This document shows, one piece after another, positions 12,711 to 23,600 of a stretch of DNA of 64,000 nt. Each line of letters opens with the position of its first letter. The first letter of the stretch is position 1. The stretch is from Paraspadella gotoi. Its lineage: Eukaryota > Animalia > Chaetognatha. The stretch covers positions 372,001-436,000 of the forward strand of contig CM119269.1 of NCBI GenBank assembly GCA_051294375.1, given 5' to 3'. A program made the position numbers and the translations under genes. The notes beneath the pieces were generated by a model. It was not told the DNA's origin. It saw nothing but the letters and a program-made list of their open reading frames with translations, and searched no databases.

Positions 12711-13287
12711 CTGTCAATAAAAACAAATGTTAATCGGATTGAAATAAAGATTTAATTGTTTTATGAGTATAATTCCTTTTTAATATTTTAAAATCACAAG
12801 GGTAAAAATTAAAATACACATTGAAAGAAAGGCTTTATCATTCTTTATTTTCGTTTCATTAGCTGAATTTAGTTTCTTAATTCAGAATTAGAAAACTTCA
12901 GAATTTTATAAAAAGTTTGAATCGCTTTTTTAGTTATAATAAACTGGTTATTAACTGGTTGTTAACTGTTAACTGGTTATTAACTGTTATGTTTAAAAAT
13001 ATATTTTTAGAGAAAGATCGAGAGAGCGAGAGGAAAAGAAAAAGAGAGACGTCGCGGAAGAGAGAGAGAGAGAGAGGGAGAGGGAGTGATAGGTTTTGTT
13101 GCGATCTCGGTGGTCAACGGATTTTCTAATGCCAGGTTTTATTTCGGGCGCGGGTCAGGATATGCACTCGCCCTGGCTTCGCATTGTCCCTGGCCTTTCA
13201 TTGTCCGTAGTACTCAATTCTCCCTAGCTTGACAGTCGCCCTGAAAAATAATGTTTCGGTAAAAAAAAAGGTTTTCTTTTTGATTTT

Positions 13288-13289
<2 letters not shown>

Positions 13290-13368
<79 letters not shown>
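13290..13368. repeat. (AAT)n microsatellite
   Basis: Seen directly. Confidence 0.95.
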
Positions 13369-13369
<1 letters not shown>

Positions 13370-13569
13370 TTGCACTAGCATTTATTCTTTTATCTGGTTT
13401 GAGTGGAAAATAACAACTAAATAATTGAAAAACATTTGTTTTTTAACACATTGATTAATGGGGGGGGGGAGGAGCGCATTTGCCCTTTATTGTGCCTTTT
13501 TCATTTTCTATTTTTTTGTTGTCATTTTTGGACCTTAACTGATGTATCCTCACACCTCTCTCTTTCTTG

Positions 13570-13605
<36 letters not shown>

Positions 13606-13678
13606 GTTTTTTGAAAAAAATTTGATTTTTTAAATTTTTTTTCTGCAAAATACAAAATGCAAAATACATATAAATTAT

Positions 13679-15234
13679 AATATAAAGATATATTTTCATC
13701 ATGGAGAAAAGTGCATTTAACAAACGATTTTTTTTTTCCTTCCAAATATTTCGACTTATGTTGCTAAGTCATCATGAGTGGCAGAAAGTGAAAAAACGAG
13801 AAAAATGATTTGTTTAAAAGAGTAAAGAGTAAAGAGAGAAAGGGAAGAGAGAGAGAGAGAGAGAGAGAGAAAGAAATGACCTTGGTAGGAATAGGCAGTG
13901 GTCATTAAAAACACCATCAGTGAATTTTGACCAAAGACCCCCCCAAAAAAATTGGGTAGCCCCCCCCCAGCCTTCTGTCAGTTCAGTTCATGGAAGACGG
14001 GGTTCCAAGCGTCGGTTTTTACGTAGGCCCCCCAGTCCTCGTTGAGTCCCTCTCCTGGGCCGCTGCTGTGCCGTCTGATTTCCAAAGCTTCACGAATTTT
14101 GGTATCATAAATAAGTTTTTTTTTGTTTTTTTCCGGACATTTTCTTGACCACGGTGGCGTTTCGTAAAATCCGGTGTAAGGTGGCAGTGCTCATAATGCT
14201 GCAAGATGCCTGAATGGTGCCACTCTTTTTTTTCAATGGCTCGGGAATGCTCCTTCCATCTTGTCTTGAAACTCCTAGTTGTTTGGCCTATGTAAACGGC
14301 CTTGTCGGAGCATGGGCAATGGTATTTGTATATACCTTTTTTAAGTTCAGGATCTGGATGGGTTTTATTTTTGCTGCAAAGAATGTCTTTGAGTTTGGCT
14401 CCTGAGGAAAAACATGTGTTGATACCGGCCTTGGATAAAGATCTTTTGAGTGAGTAACCCAAGTTGGGTATGTATGGAATGCATACAAATGGGCGTGTCT
14501 CTTCCTCATGAAGGTCTTCATCTCGAAAAGGAAGGACATTTAATAAATTTTTAAGAATACCATCGGACTCACAGGGGAAGTTACTTTTGCGTGCGCTGCG
14601 GGTTTTGTTTTTGTTTGTGATTTGCGTTGTGATTGAGAGGGGGAGGATGGTAAGATGATGTGTGATATCCATAATTGGGAAACTGTCACCATGAGAGACA
14701 GGCCAATTGGTCCACTTTCTTTGGTAGTATGATGTCGGTCATTGTAAACAAAGTCAGAAGTGGAGAGACAGAGAGATGAGAGATCAATAATATCTGTTGG
14801 GTATTTTTTTTACGGCGGATCAACTCTCAAGTAATTTCAAGTCAAGTAATTTCTTAACGTAAATGAGGCAGTCGGAAATGGGCACTGAAGGAAAAAGGGC
14901 AGAGGCGTCAAAAGAAACCATTTTTTCAAAAGGATTGAGTTTAATATTTTTTATTTGTACTACAAAGACAAAAGAGTTTTTGCAATTTTTTTGGGGTCTT
15001 TGGTCAAAATTCACTGATGGTGTTTTTTAATGACCACTGCCTATTCCTACCAAGGTCATTTCTTTCTCTCTCTCTCTCTTCCCTTTCTCTCTTTACTCTT
15101 TTAAACAAATCATTTTTCTCGTTTTTTCACTTTCTGCCACTGATGATGACTTAGAAACATAAGTCGAAATATTTGGAAAAAAAATTCGTTTGTTAAATGC
15201 ACTTTTCTCCATGATGAAAATATATCTTTATATT
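13679..15234 (-). mobile_element. Penelope-like retroelement, 5'-truncated, with inverted pseudo-LTRs
   Basis: RT motif MVSFDASALFPSVP (14820-15014); IPYIPNLG..LKR and GIY-YIG endonuclease GIYKYHC..YIGQTTRSFKTRWKEH (14019-14672); 13679-13950 is the inverted copy of 14985-15234. Confidence 0.92.
15140..15176 (+). ncRNA. Minimal type-I hammerhead ribozyme in the Penelope pLTR
   Basis: CCA-CTGATGA-T-GACTTA GAAACA TAAGTC-GAAA-TATT-TGG, with stem I CCA/TGG; the partner copy at 13745-13778 (-) has CTCATGA. Confidence 0.7.
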
Positions 15235-15269
15235 AAATTATTAGTGCTTGCGATGACGTTAAAAGAAAA

Positions 15270-15560
15270 GTTCATCAAGATGTCGACCAAGTAGCTCGTC
15301 AAGACATGCTTCAAAGGCTTCGTCACGATTCCACATTACGACTAAAACCAGGCTCCAACCACGAAAATATAACAGTCAGCGTATCCGATTCTTTAAAAAA
15401 TTCAAAATTTGTTTTTACGAGGGGAGATGGCTACGCCCTTCCATTAAAGGCGCCCGACGATGGGCCATTCCAAGTGAAAAGGCCGAGAGGAAACCTTCGT
15501 TATCAACATCCCTGGCAGGGGCGTCGACCAGTTGGGCGCCCTAACCAACTCCCTTTCTCT
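15270..15560 (+). mobile_element. Gypsy-type integrase C-terminal (GPY/F) fragment
   Basis: SLKNSKFVFTRGDGYALPLKAPDDGPFQV resembles the HVFVR...PL.PPYDGPF.V module. Confidence 0.6.
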
Positions 15561-16533
15561 ACGGAACGATAGATGCGTCAAGGTTAAAAATGGTCTCTAT
15601 AGATATTCGATGCTGAATTTGTTCAGCCAGTTACATATTATAATTTTAAGTTTCATAGCAGGAAAATGTCATTGACTCTTCTTGGTTAAAAAAAATTTTC
15701 TTTGTGGATTTTTTTGTACCAATCGACTGTCGTCTTAGATCTTTCGAACGCTTTGCTTGATTTTTTTTGGGACTAATCGCTTCGTTTTTTAATAAGCTTT
15801 TTTATATTTCTATCTCTCTGTAAAGACTTAACTTAACATTCTGCTGACCAAAAAACGCGGAAGAATCGAATTCAATTTTTTTAATAATTAAAATTGACAA
15901 ATAAATTTACAAATATTTCACATTCGAAAAAAAATGTATGCAATAAAGAGAATAAGAAAAGGAAAAGCAATAATTGAATTCCGCGACGCGTGGCTAATGG
16001 TATAAATGTTAAGAGAAAAAGTCTAACCGAAAGGAATCAAAGGAATCAAAGGACTGACGGTTAACGGATTTGGGTCTATGACTACAATGCCCAAATTTCG
16101 AGGATAGAAAGGCAAAATAATAAAAAAAATGTTGGGCAGGAAATAAAGTGGAAGAGCATTGTTGAAACGAGTTCACTTGGTGGTGCGACATTGTAACAAA
16201 AATCCATTGGTGGTGGAGGAAAAAAACGGAGTTGAAAACCGTTATATCCTTAAGTAAATAATGAGGTTATTCTAAAGGGAAATATTTCCCTCAAAAAAAA
16301 AACAGAAACAGGGTAAAGAATTGGAAAAGAGATTAAATGGATTAACGATTTAAAAGGGAATATAAGATCTGAAGATCTCGACCCTCGTTTGACTTTTGTT
16401 CGATTTTTTTCGCTCCCAATATTTTCTCTGGCGGGAAACGAAGGAAACTAAGATGAAAACAAAAGAAATGCGACTCTTAAAAAATAAAGACACGAGACGT
16501 CCTCGACGTAACATTTTGATGATAGTCCCGTTG

Positions 16534-17613
16534 TTACAAATGCTTATTAAAATTGATCCCCTGAGAAATCTCGATGTCGGCGTACGGTTCGGGTTGATGG
16601 ACATCGACCGCTTGAATTTTCTTCAGCATCAAGAGAGTGTAGAATTTCATTGCAGCCTGAGGAATTAAACGAATTATTAAATACTATGTAAAATATGTTT
16701 ATGCAAAGAAATGCATAGAATATAATCAAAATAAATTTAGTATTAATACTAAATAATATATTATTTAATTATGATATTGGTACAACCAATATAAAAATTA
16801 TCCATTCATTTAATAATTGGAGAGCGCATTCTCGCCATGTTTATAATATTTAACATCTAACCTGTTTCCTCAAGTTTGTCCTGGGTGGAGCGATGTCAGA
16901 GAACATGACTGGACCTTTGACCAAAGACGATCTTAGGACATGAAGAACTTTAATCGATCTCTGGTTCCATCGATGCTCTTCAATCTCAACATCTCCAGTG
17001 AGACCTTCGGGGACTTCTTCGGCTTCTTCGGCTACGCGAGACTCGGCCTGGAAAAAAAAAGGGGGGGAGCATTAGTATCATTGATACGTTAACGTCTTAC
17101 CACATTACTAATGCAAATTGGCAATGTTTATTTATTACTCAATTTAGCCCCGAGTCTCACTAATGCTTGGCACGGACGATCAGTGGGAGATTGTGAAATA
17201 AAGTACGAAGTTTATGTCAAGCTTATGTATATCTCATATGCGAACGGACTATGTATAATTTTGTATACTATACATTGTATAGGCTATACATAATTACATA
17301 TACTATAGCATTGATAATTTCTTTTCGTTAATTTTTAATCCTTTCTTCGAGAATGGGGGGAGACAGTACCATCGTTAATGCCATGCTAATCAATTGTTAA
17401 CATCTTAATAATTCTTTACCTGCACCCGATCGAGTTCGGCCGAGATGTCGTATTCCGTACGGACGGACGGAGGCGCCACGGACAGCGGAGCCGGGGTTTC
17501 CGGGCGGACGGACAGAGGAGCCGGCGTCTCGGGTTGATAGTACGGAGTTTCGTTGGGTCCAGGCGTCTGGGCGAAAGAGAAAGGTGTGATGATGATGTGT
17601 GTGTGTGTGTGTG

Positions 17614-17660
<47 letters not shown>

Positions 17661-20600
17661 CTGCGGCATTAATGTCGCAGGCGTCGTTGGTGCCAGCGTC
17701 ATTGGTGTCTGCGGCTGGAACCCCATGGGCGTGGGCGGGCCGAGTTCTGGTCCCTGCAGCTGCATCGGGTCGGGCGGCGCCGCAGCGGCGGGCGTTGCTG
17801 GCGCTACAAGCGGAGCTTCAGCCTCTGCAGTCGGTTGAGGAGCTTCAGTCTGAAAAGAAATGTTTAATTATCATATTACTTCACAATTAAGTTAATTATT
17901 TATTCAACTTAAATAAAATTGGTTCTAAAATTTGTGTCAATTTGGATAAGGCGCCAAGTGTGTTATCTGCAACTTCTTTAACCCAGCCCCTTTCTCCTGG
18001 ACTTCGAACCAGGCTTGAGTGTTTTCCAGGCCCCCAAGGCAGTTTACGCAGTCCTTACGCTTCCCACAGGGTAGATAACAATAGGGATCGATCCCGGTAC
18101 AATTGGGGATCGATCTAGGTACTTAATGATCGTGAACTGATGGTATTACTCAATGAGCCACCGGGTCATGACTGAAGGTGTCATGCTTATAGGCGGGGTG
18201 AACTTATAGCAATGCCCCACTACATGAACATTAGCAGGAGGGAATAGTACGAGGGTTACAAGGTGTTTGCAATTGCTTGCTTGATACTTACTTACGGCGG
18301 TGGGGCGGGGGAGGCAACTGTGCTTGCTTGATGCTTACCTGCGGCGGTGGGGCGGGGGTCTGCAACTGTGCTTGCTCCATCATCCTCGTCTTGGATCGAG
18401 AAGATCTTTGAGGAGTCGACGCTGGTGGAGGAGCTGAAGGAGAAAGAAAATATTAATTAATTTAATAAAAAATCATGATAATTAAATAGTAATAATAATA
18501 TTATTAAGGCCTTAAACCACAAAGGCCAGGGGCAAGATACCTTTTATTTATTAAATGAATTGATAATTTTTATATTGGTTGTAACAATTTCATGTAAGCA
18601 TATATAACCAGGCATATTTTGTTGCTGCTGCGGCGGCGGAGTCGGCGCCGGCGGATAACCTTGCTGCATTTGTTGCTGCATGTGCAGCTTTTGCTGTTGC
18701 TGGACGTACTGCTGCACGTACTGCTGCTGAGAGAAAGGATCGGACTGAGGAAACTGAAGAGTTTGCGTCAGAGAAGAAGGGGAGGAGAGGGACTGGGCGT
18801 GACCTAAAAGGAAAGAATATAGGAAAGAATAAACATTATCAGAGGAGGATTTGGCCTGCCGTCCAATTCTCTCTTCCTCTTCTTCTTCTTTCCTCCTCCT
18901 CCTGCCCCTCAGTATATTTTGTCTAGCGATACATTCTCTCGTTTCTACTCTTCGCGAAATATACCATTATTTTTCCCTCTATTTTTCACGCCTTCAATAC
19001 CCCTCAAGTGACGCCCTCTTCGCGGCTCGACACCCTACTCCCCGTGGATTAAGTTTTCCGTGCAAACCCTCAGCAAAAAAAACCGTGGAAATTATCAAAA
19101 GAAACTATCTTTCTGCACTAACAACAAAAACAGAAACTCGGAAATCAACTAAATTGGACAAATCTTCCTCCCCAAAAAGAAAGGATTTTATTCGACTAAA
19201 CCATTACAAAGAAGCTGCATAATTTTAGAAACAAAACCCTACTTGATATTTATTACAAGATAATTTTCTCTTTTCTCTTCACTCTTCATCGTCAAAACTT
19301 GGAATTTTCAAAATCTAAACATCAAACTTTGAACTTAAAAACAAGATCGCTTCAACTCTTTCTTTCTCTCTCTCTCTCTTTCTCTCTCCCTCTCTCCCTC
19401 CTCGGTGACTGAAAAAGGCGAAAGTTGAGATTGGACTTTAACCTCTTAAAGAAACGGAAATAGCAAGTCCCTTAATGTGGAATACAGAATAGACACTCCC
19501 TGAAAATGGAAGCAATCAACTTTAAAGATCCAATCAGTTCTGATGACCTCAAAGGAGAATATATTGGCATCTTGGAAAACCTGATGAATTTTTCTAAAAG
19601 ATTGCATACTAATAATGCAAACCCACGAATTCTGGACAAGAATATAATGGATCTACTTACTTTGGTGCAGAATACACATATGTCCCCTCTTCCTTTAAAA
19701 ACCCAAACTGTCTCCACCTCAACTCAAACCTATTCAACTCAAGTCAATGCTTCAACCCAGACCTCAAAACCCAAGGCTAGTTGCAATAAATCAACTCAGA
19801 CTAAAATACCCTACTCAACCTCCTATTCCAAAACTACCCAAACCGCCATCATTTCTGATTCAGTTTCAACACAAACCAATGTTGCCAAGACTGATTCTCA
19901 AGTGCAGACGACCTACCAACTGTCAAAGACTATGCTAATGATGTGAAAACTCAAGCTGGAAAAATCCCAGGAGAAACTTCATTTGCAAGAATCAACTCAA
20001 ACAAGAAATCAACACAAAAATCAAGCCTGCTCTTATCAGTCTCCGGTCAAGAAATGGGAAACAAAATCAAGAAATGAAAGAACTGGACCCTGGAAAGAAT
20101 ACATGATCCCTCAAACCTGCGCTGAAAAAATCTATATCCCCCCTCATCGACGTGTTCCTCAAGACCAAAGAAGGCAACCAGCTTTTGGAAACGCAAAAAT
20201 ACTTACCCTAAACTGATGGAAATAGACTTACGACCATGGTTGCGCCAGAAGTTTGCTGTATTTTTGGCTCAGACTTTACCATTGCCCTTTTTTTAAGAAT
20301 CAATATCAGTCATGGTGCAGTGGCATAATTTGTCAATGACTGTGACATAAATTAAAAATAAACTTTTAATCATTTAAATAGTAGCTTTGATAGTTTTAGT
20401 TTGTGACTTCTCTCACTTTTTTAGTTCTGTGTCTTTGTTTTTTAGTCCAGAGGGAAGCATGACTTCAATACCCCTCAAGATTATCTATTTAAGCAATTTA
20501 TAATTAAGATTAATTAAGAAGCGAACCGTGAGTGGTTTGGTCCTGAGGCTGCTGCTGGAAACTCGACTGATCTAAGCCGGAAGTCTGAAGGGAAAAGTCG

Positions 20601-23600
20601 GTCTGCAGCAAAGTTTGCTGTTGTTGAATGATGGATTGCTGTGGCGTCGGAATGGGAAGCTGGAGAGAAGAGAAGAAAGGAAGAATTGTTAAATTCAGTC
20701 TCTCTCTTTCTCTTGCATGGAATCATTTTTTTTTTCTCTCTCTCTCTCTCTCTCTCTCTCCCCTGTATGAAATCGCTCTCTCAACTCTCTTTCTTTTCAC
20801 CTGCATGGAATCGTTCAGCGCCATCGGTGTGATCATCGACGACGACGCCCGCTGCGCTGTCGTCTCAAGCGGCAGCGACGCGTCGGGCAGCTGGCGCGGC
20901 GTCTGCGGCATCGGACCAGCGAGCGGCGGCTGCGGCGTTGTGGATCGATGGGCGGTGGGCGTGGCAGGTCGGGGTTGACCAGACGATCCACGGCCGAGGA
21001 CGGAATTCTCCTCTAGGATCGTCGACATGTGACTGGAGCGAGAGAGATACAAGTGATGACTCTGTCTCTGTCAAGACTTTCTTTTTATTTTCCTTACCTT
21101 TGCTGCGTGAAGGATTCCTGCTGCTGCCGCACCAGCTCCGCTTGTTCTCTTTCTCTCGATGCTTCGGCCTCTGAAGCAGAAACGATCGCCCACTCCTCTT
21201 CCTCGGTTGTGTAGCGGGTCACCTTAAAGGAGCAAAGGGAATTGGAGCTAAAGTGAGATGGGGTAAAAGTGAAATGGAGCAAAAAATTAGATATTAATTT
21301 ACAAATTATGGTAAAGGTGAAATTAAACCAAGATAAAAAGATAATTTTAAAAAAAGAGGTAAAATAAAAGATAAAACCTCCAACCCCCCAAACCTGGTTG
21401 TCGACGAAGATCTTTGACAACCACTTGGACACGATCGGTCGTCCTGGCAACGCGAACAACTTCTCCACGCCCCCCGTCTCCTTCCAATGCATTAGCTTCT
21501 TCGTCGGCGGGGCGAGGTCCAGCGACGCCATGATATCTGATGTGTCCGCCAGTTGCAATTTCATTTCTTTGGAGTCAATACCCTTTTTCTCGTCGATAAT
21601 CAATTTGCGTTTGCGTTTATTGCGTCCACGTTCCATTCCTGTGGTGGGGGGGGGAGGGGAGAAGGGAATGAGAGGAGAAAAGGAGGAGGAAGAGGGGGGA
21701 GAGGAAGAGAAGGGAGGTGAGAAGAAGAAGAGGAGATAAAAGGTGGAAAGAAATGAAGGGACAATACATATGAGAGGCCGGAGAAGAGAATGTCGGGGTA
21801 AGTGGGAAGAGATCAAGGAAGAAAAAATTATGAGAAAATTGATGAGGGAAGTTTTGTATCAAGCAGCTCTATCTCTCTGTCTGCCTGTATCAATCTCTCT
21901 CTGTCTTTATACCTCTCTCTCCCTTTCGCTCACCTTGCAACGTGTTGATATCAAGGGGCTCCAACGCAAAGGCTTCCTCCACATTCCCGATCAACGTTGT
22001 TGAGTCTCCTCCCAGTGTGGTCGTCCCCTTTCGAGAGGCATCGACGGAGGAGTCGGCGCGGGAGGCGGTGGTGGCGTCGAGTGGCCCGCGGAGAGAGGTG
22101 CTGTTGACGCCGAGTGTGGTGGAGGAGAGGCCAGCGGTGGATGTCTGTGGAGGTTGATAGATGGATCGAAATCCATTATTTAATCATTACACCTTCCCTA
22201 GCGAGGAGACGAGTTCGGCTCGAGGGAATAATCAGATTTTCGTTGATTTCCGTTAAAAATAGTTTCATCAAAAGTATATAGTCAAGACCAATACAAAGTG
22301 TGGCAATATGGGCATATTTCGAAAGCGTGGGGTCTTGTGGAGACAACTGGGGGAGCGCGAGCAATCTTTTGACATTTTAATATTTAAAAGTGCAATTAAT
22401 TAGGACTGGTGTGTGCCTTTTTTTTAAATGTCTTTCTTTTCCCTACTGTCGTATCTCTTAATTAAAACAAAAGGTAATTATGGCTACAGATAATGATAGA
22501 CCACTGTCTTGGCTTCAATTCGATATCATGACATTCATAAATTCTTGCAAGCTTGCTTGTTTATTTAAGCAATCAAATAAACTAGTTTTTTCAGTTGTAT
22601 TTTATACCCTCGTGCCCTAGGAGATAGAGGATTTCGAGTTCATCAGCAGTTAGATAGGTGTTTGAACTTTCCTTTTTAGGGGGAGCGCGGAAAAAAATTT
22701 AATAATTAATATCAATCAAAAGTAAATCCAAATAATGATTTTTCTTCGGATAAATCCGCTTAACATTCTTTGTTTATGCTCGCTGGCGCCGTATTGAATT
22801 TGCCGGGAATCTTAGTTTCTTTGTTATGCATGCACGGCTCGGGATCCTCATGTCATGGCTTTGGCTCTGGCTGTGGCTCGCGATCTTTTGTTGAGCGAAT
22901 CGCTTCGGATGATCTCTGGCGACAATGAACGGGTCATTTCCCTCTCTGCTTTCTTCGTAATGGATGCCTGGATGCCTTTTGAAGAGGATTTAACCAAATA
23001 GTTAAAATAATATCATTTTTAGTAAGAGAGATATTGACTTTCGTTTCGTTTCGTCTCTCTATCGCGATCATTTGGGATTCGTCTTCGTCTTCCTAATTCT
23101 TCCGTATTATTCTGTGATTAATTGTAACTATTCATGTTTCATAGTATGAAACACGAATAGTTACAATTAATCACAGAATAATACGGAATAAATACAGAAG
23201 AATTACATAGTGATTAATACTTATTATTAGTGTCTTGTATAGATATTTCAATTGCTCGCCGGCAAGAGCAGATGGAATATCTATATGCTTTATTTTATTA
23301 AGGTATTAAATATCAACAAGACGAAATCGATGTCCCCACCCGCTCGCCTCCGCCTCCCGGCCGGCGACCCGGTCTAAGAACTCAAAATGTTTCACCCTCA
23401 ACTAGAAACCTTTGACTGCGAAACGCAAAAAAATCATCCGCCCATGATGCCCGCCTCCGCCGTCTCCTCTTCCCTACCTCCGCTTCCCCTCACACTTTAG
23501 AACCGGAGTGAACTTTTACATTGCCTGACGGCAGTTTAATTAAATGGTAAGATTTTATTTTCTCTTCTACAACCTATTTTTTATGTTAAATATGTCTTAG

